64,000 bases of DNA from Callorhinchus milii (GCF_018977255.1 NW_024704742.1:25236001-25300000); one strand, 5' to 3'. Shown: positions 13,314 through 26,368, numbered from the stretch's first letter. Program-made: numbers and translations. Notes: generated from the sequence alone by a model not told the origin.

Positions 13314-14213
13314 ACAACAACAACAACAACAAAATTACATTTATAAAGCGCCTTTCACATCGGGAGGACGTCCCAAAGCGCTGAACAGTCAGGTGTCGGG
13401 GCCCGAACATGGGGGAGAGGTGGTGTAGGGGTGAGGGAAGGCAGAGAGGTGGGAGGGAGACCTAAGGCAAGAGAAGGGACTTGAGACCAGCCTTGAAGGA
13501 GGCAAGGGAGGAAGCGAGGCAAAGGGACTGTGGGATGGAGTTCCAGAGCGTGGGGACAGAGAGGCTGAAAGCCCGACCACCGATGGTAGGGCGGGTCAGG
13601 CAGGAGACATGGAGCAGGCTGGAGCCTGATGAACGGAGGGAGTGGGCAGGTTGGTAGGGAGTCAGCAGGTCAGAGAGGTAGGAGGGGGCAAGGCCATGGA
13701 TGGCCTAAAAGGTGAGGATGAGGATCTTGAATTTGATCCTCTGGGGGATGGGGAGCCAGTGGAGTTGGGCGAGGATGGGATGATGGGGTCGCGGAGCCTG
13801 GTGTGTGAGAGTACACGAGCTGCAGAGTTTTGGATGATCTGCAGCTTGTGAAGGGAAGAGTTGGGAAGGCCGATGAGGAGGGAGTTCCCGTAATCGAGCC
13901 TTGATGAGACAAATGTGTGGGTGAGGGTTTCAGCAGCCTGAGGGGTGAGGCAGTGGTGGAGTCTGGCAACGTTGCGGAGGTGGTGGTAGGCAGTGCCTGT
14001 CATGGCGCAGATGTGGGGGAGAAAGGACAGTTCAGGGTTAAACAAGATACCCAGGTTCCTGACTGGCTTAGTGAGGTTGAGCGTGCAGCCGTGGAGGCTG
14101 ATGCTGAGAGCGCCTGAAGTGCAGAGGCACTGGCACAAGCCAATGAGGAGGGCCTCGGTCTTGCTGACGTCGAGTTGGAAAAAGTTGGCCCTCGTCCAGA
14201 ACTTGATGTCGGA
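13314..14213 (-). mobile_element. L2-clade LINE 3' fragment (second subfamily, frameshifted)
   Basis: VRNLGILFNPELSF...SRLDYGNSLL peptide on the minus strand; (CAA)n tail at the left end. Confidence 0.92.
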
Positions 14214-15291
14214 CCTTTTTCGTTGTGAGTGGTCTGCAATGAATTTCCTGCACTTGCTGTTTTGTTGCGTCAGCCTGGTTCAGTTAGTAGCACTCTCACC
14301 TCTGAATCAGAAGGTTGTGGGTTTAAGTCTCACTTCAGGACTTGAGCTCTTAGTCTAGGCTGACACTCCAATACAATGCTTGAAAAACGCTCCATCTAAA
14401 TAGTGGTCTCGCTAGATAGAAGGTAGCGTCACAAAGTGCTTAAGGGTGGTGGAGTTTGATACCCAGCCGGGGAGAGAGGGGAGGTGACCGTAGGTTAGAG
14501 AAAGGGGAAGGTCTTCAGGTGTGATCTGAACAACAACAACTTGCATTTATATAGTGCCCTTCACATGGGTAGTATCTCAGAATGCTGAAAACTGGCAAGG
14601 AGGGGAGCAAGGTGGAGGGATAGAAGTGATGCCATCCTTCAGGTGAGACGTTAAACGGGGTGCTGTCTGCCTGTTTGAGTGCACATTAACTTTCTCCTGG
14701 TAACCTCACCAACAATCTCCCAGACAACAAAAAATAGGGTCATTCAATTCAATGACTGTCTCTGGGACATTGCAGTGTGAAAATTTAGTGTTTGCGTACA
14801 GTCACTCCACATTACAGAAAACTTTGAGACTTGCAATGTGATAAAGTTCAAGATCCTGATCCTCATCTTTAAAGCCCTCCATGGACTTGATCTACCCTAT
14901 TAAAACTTCACCACCTGTCCACTCCCTCCTCTATTCAGGCACTGGCCTGCTCCTTGTCCCGCCTGCTCCACTATCGGCGGTCAGGCTCTCTGCTCCCACT
15001 CCCTGGAACTCCATCCCGGAACCCTTCCTACTCGCCCCCTCCCTTGACTCTTTCAAGGCGCATCTCAAGACCTTCCTTTTTGACCGCGCAAATGCAAGTT
15101 GTTGTTGTTCTAAAGTACTGCATCAAATCCAAGGATTATTATTTTGTTTATTTAGATTTAATGACTGCTTCCAGCTGACAGCTAGCAAACCAGACCAACT
15201 GTTCCCCAGTTAATTTATCTGAATAGGCATTGGTCAAAGATAAGATTTTGTTATGAGTACGAATAACATTTATAATAATAATAATCTTTGC

Positions 15292-15644
15292 ATTTGACAT
15301 AATGCCTTATCACATCTTTGAAATGTGTTAAAGCGCTTCACAGAATATACTATGAAGCGAATTGACTGCATATTTTGTGAGCGAAATGCGCACAGCAGTG
15401 TCCCACAAATAGTTGTGGATTGAGTGATCAAATTATTATGCTTTTTAAAACAAATTTTGAAAGGATTCTTACCCCCGGAAAAAGATCTGTCAATTGACTA
15501 AGAACCGGGTTCCTACTTACTGTTAGCTAAACAGAAGCGCGTGCAATAAGGAAACTTGCCTAACATTTCGCCCTGCTGGGAATTGAATCCAGGTCCTCTC
15601 TCTTGCGAGGCGAGTGAGCTAACCAATACCCTACAGGACTCCAC
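15292..15644 (-). mobile_element. tRNA-Ala/Deu SINE, long older form
   Basis: Same head and tail plus about 65 bp of extra internal sequence (ctgtttagctaacagtaagtaggaaccc). Confidence 0.85.
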
Positions 15645-16383
15645 ACACTTATATTGTGCCTTTCATAATAAAATAAATGTCTTGCAGGGCTTTATAAAAT
15701 AAAATTGATCAGAAACGAAAGTGAATGTTAAAGAGCCACTTTGGTCCCTACAGAAGAACATGGAGTCCACTTCCACAGTTAGCGGAGCAGGGAAAGATTG
15801 ATACACTCCCCAGGCAATTTTTCTTTCTGTTTTAATTTTATTTTCTAATAAAGGTCATAATACACTCAGACATATGAGTGGGGGAGGGAAGGGTGGAAGT
15901 AGACTATCAAAATCTATTCGCTCAAGGCAATTCTACATCTTAATTTCCTCCAGTTCAGTAAAAGAGATGAAATGTCAGGAACATAAGGGGACGTGATATA
16001 AAACGACTGGATCCTCGGCTTGCAGAAAAACTCTTACTTTGTAGCGTGGCTCTGGCAGGTTAGTAATAAATGAGTTGGACAATAATGGACCAGCAATTGA
16101 GCCTTGGGGAACACTTGGCAGCATCTTACAATGTATTCTACAATAATGTTGAAAGGAGAGACGATCATCACACACACACACACACACAAACTGACTGGAG
16201 ACTATAAGAATTTTTTGTGCTGAATCAAAGTTTTTATTGGATTTGATTTCTAAAATATGCATACTACACAGGGCATAAAGTCCCCATGTACTCATACTGG
16301 GCATCATAATTCAAAACGTTTGCATCCAATGAATAAGACTTTAACCCACCCACTAACTGAAGGGGCTGCTGGCCTTGCATTGT

Positions 16384-16640
16384 TAATAATAATAATAATC
16401 CTTGCATTTGATATAGAGCTTTTCATGTCTTCTCAACGTGTCAAAGCGCTTCACATAATAGACTGTAAAGTGAATTGACTGTATCTTTGTGGGAGAAACA
16501 CGGCAGCCAATTGTGCACAACAGTGTCCCACAAACAGTCGTCGATTGAAAATGACCAATTTATTATTGCTTTGTTTTGGAGGGATTATTATTAGGCGTGT
16601 AGAGTAAGGAAACTTGCCCAAGGTTTCGCCTTGCCTAGAA
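16384..16640 (-). mobile_element. tRNA-Ala/Deu SINE, 5'-truncated
   Basis: Family match with a (TAA)n end. Confidence 0.88.
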
Positions 16641-17316
16641 TATGTTCCAATATTCTCCCAATTAACAGTCAACCCATCAGAAGAACTCAATATTCCTACG
16701 TTAGCATTCCCAACCTTTCTGTTTCTTTTGTTCTGTTACTTCAGTCCAAAACCTGGATGTTATTAATCACACTCATAGTGAGAGGATGCTTCGAGGTCCT
16801 ACTATTGCTAAATTTACAACACTTACAGTACAGCCTGATATTTAGCTTGATCAACTTTAAGAGCTAATAATGTTCTCGGGGGAAACTTGAACATGCTGTT
16901 TGAATCCAGTGTATTCACATGTCACGCTTAACCTAATGGGATCTTGCAAACTAGCTCGCGTCCAAATCCCTGACTGTCCAGCGCCTTCGACATCCTCCCT
17001 GTTGTTGGTCACTTGTGCTACACAGCTCCTTTTCCTAGGAAAGAAAGAAAACGACTTTACCTCACTTTGTTCTTGTATTTTATAGCACCTTAGCATATTG
17101 AAAGATTAAAGTGGTTCACAGTTAATTTCTTTCAAGTGTAGTGACTGTGTATTTATGGGCAAATGTGGCAACCGTTTTGATCACTGCAAATTTTCATGAA
17201 CACAAGGTGAATTAGCAACTACACGGATGGTCATTGACCAGAACTCAAGGATAAACTCCTTTTCTCTTTTTGAATAGTATCATCGATTCTTTAATACTTT
17301 TTTAATTCTTTAATTC

Positions 17317-17636
17317 GTGGAGTCCTGTAGCTCAGTGGTTAGAGCACTCGCTTTGCAAGTGAGAGACCTGAGTTCAATTCCAGGCAGGGCGAAACCTTGG
17401 GAAAGTTTCCTTACTCCACACGCCTAATAATAATCCCTCCAAAACCCAAAACAATAATAAAATTAGTCATTTTCAATCTATGACTGTTTGTGGGACATTG
17501 CTGTGCGCAATTGGCTGCCGCGTTCGCCCACAAATATACAGTCAATTCACTTTACAGTGTGTTCTGTGAAGCGCTTTGGGACGTCCTTCCGACGTGAAAA
17601 GCGTTATATCAAATGCAAGGATTATTATTATTATTA
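17317..17636 (+). mobile_element. Young tRNA-Ala-derived, Deu-domain SINE with L2-type 3' tail, full length (resembles elephant-shark SINE2-1_CM by recall)
   Basis: Head gtggagtcctgtagctcagtggttagagc with A/B boxes, Deu core tgtgggacattgctgtgcgcaattggctgccgcgtt, 3' stem-loop and (TTA)n tail. Inserted inside an older minus-strand SINE. Confidence 0.92.
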
Positions 17637-18360
17637 TACACACTTGACAATAGGAAGAAGGCATCTCATCTGAAAGACAACACCTTCAACAATGCTGCGC
17701 TCACCTAGCACTCCACTACAATGATGTTTAGATGAGCTGTGATACATTATGAGAGAGCTGGAGTGTTTTATTATGTAGTTTTCCAAATCCTGCAACATTT
17801 GTACAATGACCTGCAGAATGCTTCACAAGCAGTGCTATTGCGAGGAAGCCAGAATGGATGTGGCTATTAGAAGGCGAAAAGAAAGTTGGAGGGATGGTCA
17901 CCTTGGGATACCCGCATGCACCACCTAGCAGCTGACTGAAAACCATACTATTTGGAAACTTAGTGGATCAAACTCTCAGCTCTCTTGGTGCTTAGCGTGA
18001 GGAGACAGCAACTGCTTAAATCGGAGAAAAAATAGTTAGGACGTTTCATACTTTAAAACCAATCTAATTTTAGCAAATCTCATGAGGAAGCAATGTTTCA
18101 CTGTGGTGATGAAACAAGTATGGCGGGTGGGGAAAAGGCAGGTAAATGGGATGGAAAAGATTAAGTTTTCAAAGACCCACACAGACCATGTTGCTGAATG
18201 ACCATCCTTTGGAATGGCCTGTGAATTTCTATTGTTCTATGCTTAAGTGCCGAATTACATTCGCTTTGCTCTATTACAAGCAGTGTTATTGATGAGGCTT
18301 TGTTTCTCTCTCTTTATTTACCTGCTAATTTTAATTTTTTTCCCTCTCCTCCTCCCCCAG

Positions 18361-18521
18361 TACATTAAAGTCTTTCTCAACGAATCATGGACAGCAAGGT
18401 TTGGAACAGCCATGGAAACCAAATCCTTAACTCTTCTTTGGTCGATAACTGTCTCCATCTTTGCCATTGGTGGTCTGGTTGGAGCACTTATCGTAAGCAT
18501 TCCAGTGAAGTACCTGGGCAG
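18361..18521 (+). CDS. SLC2A9: GLUT9 coding exon (161 bp; first extracellular loop + TM2), [53 protein letters not shown](R)
   Basis: Polypyrimidine tract + CAG acceptor ending at 18360 and GTATGT donor at 18522. The peptide matches recalled human GLUT9 YIKAFYNESW...[18 protein letters not shown]...LGR, including the N-E-S glycosylation sequon. Phase 0 in, phase 2 out. Confidence 0.95.
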
Positions 18522-19035
18522 GTATGTTCCTACACAAATAGATATGAGGATGAAATAAGCCAAAACCTGCTGGCTTACCCTGTTTGTTTTCTGATACCGG
18601 CGCGCAAACATCTCTTACCATATGTTCTCTGTATGAAATGTTCTCACCTCGCCTGACTCTGCTAATGGGGTTTTCATGGTGCCAACATCAGACTTTTACA
18701 AGACTGGTGTGAAATGGATTAGACTATTAGAGAATAAAGTCAGTGGGAAAATACGAGTGAAGTAAATCCAATTAACAGTCAATTTACACACCTGCCTTCA
18801 TAGCTGGAGAAACAGATGCTCTGCTAATAAAGCCCTCAACCAAACTATTGGAAAATAAATAGCTAGCTATTTTGGAGAGGTTAGCAATGTTCAGCATTGC
18901 TGCAGAGCATGTTCAGCACCTGAAATTAGGTTCTATATGGAGGAAAGAACGTTCTGTGGCATTATCACCCATTAACAGGAGAACTCCCACCAGATCAAAC
19001 CTATTGTTAGGGCTGACTCCCAACGGACTGTAAAA

Positions 19036-19258
19036 TAGTGGTGGCGAACCTTTATGTTTGGTCATCCAAATACATTTTCTTGATTGAATATTTCTTCATT
19101 TAAGCCATAATTCAAGAAATATTCAATCAAGAAAAAACTGAAAACACACTCCCAATCGAACATGGACTTAGACTTAAGTACCTAGACTTGTGCAAATGTT
19201 CGGCGGTGGGGAGGGCTGGGGAATTTCTAGCCCATGGGCCACAGGTTGGCCACCACTG
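19036..19258. mobile_element. Non-autonomous hAT (Charlie-like) MITE, 223 bp
   Basis: TIRs tagtggtggcgaacct / aggttggccaccactg (14/16) flanked by a perfect 8-bp TSD CTGTAAAA (19028-19035 and 19259-19266). Confidence 0.88.
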
Positions 19259-21165
19259 CTGTAAAAAATAGCAAGTTCTTTCCCATGTTCTCCCCCAATT
19301 CAGTGAAGGAAGGTCTCGTGTATGACACACAATTGATAAAGTCAATGCTAGGTTTGAGTTGGTACTTTTTTTTCACATAAGTGAGCATTCAATTCACACA
19401 CAGACAAAATTTCTTAACAAGTGTTCTGCATCTTGAACATGTCAGAGAATGACTGCTTCCCTTTAACAAGGATCATTACTGGGATTTTACCTTGTCTGTT
19501 AGTTTCAACATGAAAACATCCATCATACTCATTCATTTTCATATTTACGATCTGCCATTCCAGTGAACTTGCCTTAATGTGAAAATGTGTTTGGGACAAC
19601 CTTATGGATTATTGTGGCTGGAAATAGAAAACTGTGATAATTACATAGAATGATACGGCATAGAAATAGGCCATTTGGCCCAATTGGTCTGTGTTTATAC
19701 TCCACACAAGCTTTCACCTTCTCCTCTCTTATGCACCTCTATTTTCTTCTCAAATTGTTTCTAACAAATCATAATCGCAGAGCACCTTTAGTTAAGTGAA
19801 GGTTAAAATGATTCTCAACTACTCTGTGCCTGAAGGTTGCATGGCGATTGTTGAAATTTACTCAGAAACCAACCACAACAACGACAGTGTACTTATACAA
19901 TGCATTTCACTTTAGGGGAGGATGTCTTAAATCACTTTCCAGAAATCAAGTGGGAGCCTGAGCTAGTTGGTAGATGGTGAAGAGGGTGTCGGGTGGTGGT
20001 TTAAGAGCCAAAGGTGCAGTCAAAGAGATTGAGTTTTGAACAAGGCAAATAATTTCCAATATGCTTGCCGCACATTGAAATGATAAATACTATTTTAATA
20101 TTTTTGATGTTAATTGTGATATTAAAACCTGGCTTCTGAGCAGCTGAGATACCTTCCAGCTTTATTTTACATTACAAAAAAAGGCCGTCAGCTATTGATT
20201 ATATGATAGTTGACAGGCTCCGGTTCTACACGGCCCATCATTCACCCGCTCTAAAATGACTTCAGGCCATTTGAGTGGTTAAAGTCTTGCAAAACAAAAG
20301 ATGGCCTGTCTTGACAGATGTTGCGCTCAGACCTGGGAGGGATGCACAGCAATGTGACAGAATGGAAACACTTTCTAATTTGGGTAGATTAGAAGATGGG
20401 AGTTTTGTGATTTATGCTGGCAGAAGATAGCTGGAGGAAAGAAAAAGCAGAAAATAGACTATTTCACTTCCAGTCACAGTTCCCCAGACTAAGGCTGCTT
20501 CCCCTTGCTCTCTCATGTCTCTTTAGGAAATTGATTATTAGAATATCAGACCAGTAGTTAACAAATCCCGAAAGATATGATACATCTTACTTCAGGGAAA
20601 TATATCCAAAAGACTATTTTATCCAGCAAATTATATTTGATTTTTAATTTAGGAGGTTTTTTTTGTCAGAATATAAGCATATTCAGATGTCTGGTATGTC
20701 AGATGCAGCATAGCAGAGAATTCCCACATCCCCCTCCCCCCATGAAAGAACTGGTGCCACAAATGACCTCCTCACATAACAGCAGTTTGCCCTTAACTTG
20801 GGTTCTTTAAATAAAATTGCAAATGTGTCTTGGCGGTTTAACCTGGAAAGTAGTGCTCACTGAATTGTGCACCTCTAAATAAAGCCTTTCCCTCCAGCAC
20901 ACCAGTGACTATTGTTGTTTGTTCTGCACCATCTGAACCCACCACAATGTCTCTTCCTTTAAGTCTGGAAGACTCAGTGTGCCAGGATGACTGGGAGCTT
21001 TGTGAGATTAAATCAGGTTCAATATCTGAGTTTCTCCACATATACACAGAATCTGCTTTATCATGGACTCTGCCCCCTACCCACTTCATTACCAAAGGAA
21101 AGATCCTACAAAGTTTATCTCCTTGGTATTTATCTTGTTTTCCCTTCTTTATTGTTAATCCTTCA

Positions 21166-21471
21166 GGAGTGCTGTAGTTAGAGCACTCGCCTCACAAGGG
21201 AATGACCTGGGTTTGATTCCCGGCAGGGCGAAAGCTTGGGCAAGGTTCCTTACTCCACACATCTGATAATAATCCCTCAAGAAAAAAAAATAATAAATTG
21301 GTCACTCAATCCATGACTGTTTGTGAGACACAGTTGTGCGCAATTGGCTGCCATGTTTTGCCCACAAAATATACAGTCAATTCACGTTACAGTATATTTT
21401 TTGAAGTGCTTTGAGACGTCTCAAAGACCTGAAAAGCGCTATATCAAATGCAAGGATTATTATTATATTAT
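21166..21471 (+). mobile_element. tRNA-Ala/Deu SINE, older subfamily
   Basis: Same architecture with cactcaatccatgac and gagacgtctcaaagac variants. Confidence 0.85.
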
Positions 21472-22293
21472 TGAAGTAGGGTTGGCAACATTTACAAATA
21501 GCGCCTCCTGCTGTGGCCTGATGTGCATCACACCGACCTGGGCAAGACGTTGGCTCTGATGAGCTCGGTAGCGGAAAGTCGGGTTCCCACGTGTCAGCAT
21601 GATGTACCGCAACAACTCATCAGGACTTGCTGTTTGCTACTCAAGGTTGTGGAGGCTTCATTTTCAACCCTGAACAGTCATGCCCCACACAGAACTGAAT
21701 GAGAACACACCAAGGGAAATAATGCACTGGTGCACTTGTGTTCCAGCAACCTTTGCCAATCGGATTTCCCAGAAGTTCAATTAAAATGAGTAAGAAAACG
21801 TTCCTTGGCATTTTCATGGCCAACAAGCTTTATGTCATTTCTTTGAATCTCTAATTAATGTGAGTGGACAGCACATTTACTGAGGAATTAAGCAAAGAGT
21901 AGGAAAATATGAATGTAATTGGACAAATTCTTCAATTAAAGTAAAATGGTGGGGGGGGAGAAGGGAGTGAATGTTTGTAAAATCTGACATTTGCAACATG
22001 TTGAGAAAGAGCCCAGCTAAATGCCAGACATAGCTCCATTGTCCATGGTTTCAGGGTAACTAATTGCCTGCTTTGCTAAAGTCTTTTATTTTGTATTTTT
22101 ACCAATGACTTGCCACCATGCAACAAGTTTATAATTTTCTTTCCAATGCCCTTAGTCTGAGCTGACAAATAGTATTAAATCTTTGTCATTGATGCATCAC
22201 ACTAGAAGCCTCCTCACTTAGCACATAACTCCACACTGAAATAAAACAAAATCCCTCGCTATATTTAGTGATTGTCTTATGATACACCCCATT

Positions 22294-22622
22294 ATAATAA
22301 TAATAATAATCCTTGCATTTGATATAGCGCTTTTCACGTCAGGAGGACGTCCCAAAGCGCTTCACAGAACACACTGTAAAGTGAATTGACGGTACATTTG
22401 TGGGCGAACGCAGCAGCCAATTGCGCACAGCAATGGCCCACAAACAGTCGTAGATTGAAAATGACCAATTTTTTAAATTATTATTTTTGGTTTTTTGGAG
22501 GGATTATTATTAGGCGTGTGGAGTAAGGAAACTTGCCCAAGGTTTCGCCCTCTGCCTGGAATTGAACTCAGGTCTCTCGCTTGCAAAGCAAGTGCTCTAA
22601 CCACTGAGCTACAGGACTCCAC
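22294..22622 (-). mobile_element. Young tRNA-Ala/Deu SINE, full length
   Basis: Reverse complement is near-identical to 17317-17636; (TAA)n at the left end. Confidence 0.92.
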
Positions 22623-22829
22623 GAATTGTGTGTCATTCTCAATTTTGGAAAAGCCCCAGTCCCTTCTACTCCCCCCTTTCCCTGCCACTGCTACAGTTAA
22701 TGTGCCTCTGAAGGACATTGCGTATTAAGTGCTGAAGTTAAAAAAGATGAGGGAAGAGTGGGGGAAGGTGACCGAAAGCGTGGTCGAAACTATAGGACTT
22801 AGGGTGGGATTTGAAGATGGAGAAGGAGG

Positions 22830-23770
22830 ATGCTGCCTCCTGTGATTCCACAGTTCCCTCCAACTCTGTGTCATCTGCAAATTTATCTTACACTGGGTCT
22901 ACGAATCCAAGTCATTATATATGCAAGGAACAGGAGGGGTACCAGCACAGATCCCGGAGGCACCCTGCTTAATGACTCTCTGCGTTTTGACCTATATCCC
23001 CTAACAAATGCCCTTTGCTTCCTTCCCTTCAGCCAATTCTGAATCGATGTTCATATCTTGCCCTTGATGCCCAGTGATCACAGTTTGTGTCTTTCAAAAG
23101 TTACTTAATCAAATGGCTTTTGGAAGTCTTGATATACTACACAGTTAATTTGGGCTGTCACCTTCTCAAAAAAAGTCAGTGAGATTGGTCAGACAGACCT
23201 ATCCTTTCTGAACTTTTGTTGGCTGTCAATTATTAAACTATTTATATATCGGTAATCTTCATATTCCTTTCTGATAATTGACTCCATCATTTTTCCTATT
23301 ATTGAAGTAAAGCAAATGGGTCTATAGTTGCCAAGTTTAGTTTATCACCCTTCTTGAATATGGAAAAAAACATCTGCTTGCTTTCCAGTCTGCTGGAACC
23401 TCCCCAGGCCTGATTGACTCCCTCATGATGTCTCAGTACTGCACAAATCTCCTGCCTTGTCTTCCTAACCACCCTGGAGTAGAGTTCATCCATCCTAGGG
23501 GATTCGCTAGTTTTCAGCCCCTTGAGCCTATCCAGAATTTTTCTTTAAAGCCTTTTCATTAAAGCCCAGAGCTCAAACTAAGTTTGCTGGCCATTGGGGC
23601 AATTTCTTAGTGTCTTTCCTGTTTAAAAACCTCCAGAAAGTTGGAATCTAATATGTTTGCTATGTTCTGTTCATTCTCTTTTTCAACCAATTTGAATCCC
23701 TTAGGGTTTTAACATCTTCCCTGACTGTCCTCTTACTGTTGACTTGCTAACATTTGGCTGTAGCGAGTTA
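22830..23770 (-). mobile_element. Degenerate CR1-clade LINE reverse transcriptase fragment
   Basis: Minus strand encodes remnants of IFKKGDK..GNYRPI, DFQK(A)FD, GVPPGSVLVPLLF and KFADDT, with stops and frameshifts. Confidence 0.85.
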
Positions 23771-23839
23771 GAGCTCATCCAGGACATGGTCTGACAGGCA
23801 ACAACCGGTCAGAACAGTACTGGTCCTGAAGTCAAATGG

Positions 23840-23972
23840 AGAGGTAGAGGTGTGTGTCAACTGCGCACAATGTGAAAGTGAACCCCATGTCTAAGGATGA
23901 TGTCACCAAAGAGGAGCTTATTGATGGTGAAGAAGAGAGAACCAAGGATAGAGCCCTGAGGAACGCCACATT
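23840..23972 (-). mobile_element. L2 RT core relic
   Basis: Minus strand reads GVPQGSILGSLFF...DIILRHGVHFH...DTHLYLS. Confidence 0.75.
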
Positions 23973-25101
23973 TGGTTACAGTACAATACAATTTTACATT
24001 TATGTAGCTGCTTTCATGGTGAGAGGACATACCCAAGATCTTAACAATAATGACTTGCCATCCAAGCTGAGGTGGGAGCTGTGGAAGGTAGATTCCAAGG
24101 GGATAGTGGAGAGGAAAAATAATAATAATAATGCTTGTATTTGATACAGCACCTTATTATGTCTTTGAGATGTCAGCAATATTACTATGCGAGGAATCCC
24201 CATTGTGTTAAAATGCCTAATGAAGTTGCAGTACTTCAAATCCCTTCATGCCTCCCTATCTCTCCGGCCTGCTTACTCCCCAACCCACCACCCGCTGCCT
24301 CCGCTTGACTGGTTCCAGCCTCCTGCTTCTCCTTTGTGCCCTCTGTTCCACCATTGGAGGCCACTCTATCCCAAAAAGCCACTTCACCCCAAAACTCTGG
24401 AGCTCCCTTTCTGAATCTCTCTGCCTGGTCCCTTCCTTCCCTATCTTCAAGTCGTGCCTGAAGACCTTTCTCTTCGACCGTGCCTACTGTCACTTCCCCC
24501 CTCCCCCCGGCTTGGTATCGTGCTCCACCACTGTCATGTACTCTGGGACACTACCCTAAGTGAGGAGCACTATATCAATGCAAGTTGTTATTGTACTGAA
24601 GAAATGGAAAAATGTTTGAAAGAGAACAGGAAAGTAACTAACTGGTTCATTTATCCGGAATATTTTTCTTCAGTTAAATTGTTTTAAATATGTGCACCAG
24701 GGAATATTGGGAAAGAAATTTAACAAAGGCAAGGATTATTATATTAGAAACAACTAAATCAACAAAATTTTAAAAATTCAGTGGAGTTAGTAAGAAAAAG
24801 CTTCCTGTCATTTTATGGTCAATAAACTTTATATCATTTCTTTTAAGAGATAATTGCAACATCCCTTAGAAACTGCAAACAGAATTAAGAAAGCATTTGA
24901 GTTGATTTTGGTTGGTTAAAGAGGGATTTAAATACTGTTACCATCGGCAGATTGAAAACATAGAGACAAAACCAATGATCTCTGTCAATCACAGTGATAT
25001 CAGACCCGTGCTAGACTGACAAACCCCTGGAGACTGATTGATAAACATGCTCCAAATCACAATTTGGATGTGACTGACAGGATTCTTTTATTTTTTATTC
25101 T

Positions 25102-25505
25102 AGCCTGGCTCAGTTAGTGTCTCTCTCGCCTCAGCAGAGCCAGAAGGTTGTGGGTTCAAGCCCCCTGGCAAGAGCTGAGCTCATGGGTCCAGATTGACAC
25201 TTCAGTGCAGTGCTCATTGAGTGTTGCAATGACATAGGCCCTTTTGATGAGAAGTTAAAAGCAAAGTCCTGTCTCCCTGTTCGTTTGCACATTAATGATC
25301 TGATGACACTCTTTGAAAAAAAAGAAAGGAAATTGTCACGGTGTCCTGGTCAATGAACTTCCAGATAAGTTGAGCGTTCCCTCCGCTGGTTTGTGGGGCT
25401 TTGCGCTGTGGACGAAGACGACTGCATATGCCTACAATTACAACTGACAGGACTTACCTGTGAAAGGCATTGCCACATTTCAACACTAACAAAACGCAAG
25501 GATTA
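25102..25505 (+). mobile_element. Old SacSINE1-like DeuSINE
   Basis: agcctggctcagttagt...gaaggttgtgggttcaagcccc head and degenerate body. Confidence 0.75.
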
Positions 25506-25859
25506 TGTAGAAGGACACAAAAGCAGCACCTCATACATTTAGCTTAATACCTGTTAATGCCAAAGAAGATTCAGGTGAGAGGTATATTCTGTGAGAAAGC
25601 TTAACAAAATGATCTTCCCTCCTCCAAAGCCTGCTGCCAATTCTTATGATCTATTCCTGATAAAAATGTAGCTGTCCCTCCCTAGGGGTTCTATTAAAAA
25701 AAAGAGGTTGTTCATTCACCTGAATTCTCACGTAATCCAAAAGTGCTCACAGAATGATAAAAAAGTGTTACTTTTACATTTACTGTTACTCCCAGTATTC
25801 CCCTACACTTCCGCATATGTCAGACACCAGGCTGACCAAAACAAAAATTCCCCTATGCC

Positions 25860-26210
25860 CAGATCAATACATTAGGATGCACCGAGACAGGAGAACAAGA
25901 GGACATAAGTTTAGAGTTGTAAAGGGCAACTTCAGGACAAAAAAAGAAAAAAAAACATCTTGCCACCTTTCCCGGCAACCTATTCTAGTCGTTAATTATC
26001 CATTAGTAAGAAAAGGATAATGAGTTCTTACAAAGGATAATTAACAACTAGAACAGGTTGCCAAGAAAGGTGGTTTGAGGCAAGGAAATTGAATTTATTT
26101 AAAAAAGCAGCTTGATGCTGTAATGGGGGGGATGGTTGGGTGAGTATGCTGGAAGAATGGCTCAGATGGGCCGAAGGGCCTTTTTCATTCAAACCCATCT
26201 TGTGATCCTG
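25860..26210 (+). mobile_element. CR1 3' relic abutting the SLC2A9 acceptor
   Basis: RTRGHKFRV peptide and gatgggccgaagggcctttt tail. Related CR1 3' relics at about 9560-10140, 42150-42420(-), 5180-5370, 57690-57860 and 49735-50130(-). Confidence 0.75.
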
Positions 26211-26243
26211 TCATCTGACATTATTCCATTTCTTTTCTCCCAG

Positions 26244-26368
26244 GAAAGGGACTCTCCTTGCCAACAATGGTTTTGCAATCCTTGGTGCTTTGTTAACATC
26301 ACTGAGTAAAACAGCTGGATCTTTCGAGATGTTGATTTTGGGGCGGTTCATCATTGGATTAGACGGAG
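26244..26368 (+). CDS. SLC2A9: GLUT9 coding exon (125 bp; TM3-TM4), (R)[41 protein letters not shown](G)
   Basis: Acceptor tttcttttctcccag, donor gtgaga. Completes the GRK motif in frame with the previous exon. LLANNGF and FEMLI.GRFI.G.DGG are GLUT9-type. Absent from the ORF track. Confidence 0.95.

Noticed and set aside
17317..17395. tRNA-Ala(TGC) gene
   Set aside because: It continues into the Deu domain and LINE tail and recurs many times, so it is a SINE head.
21555..21600. Hammerhead ribozyme (CTGATGA...GAAA...TC)
   Set aside because: There is an extra G before GAAA, stem III does not pair and stem I is only 3 bp.
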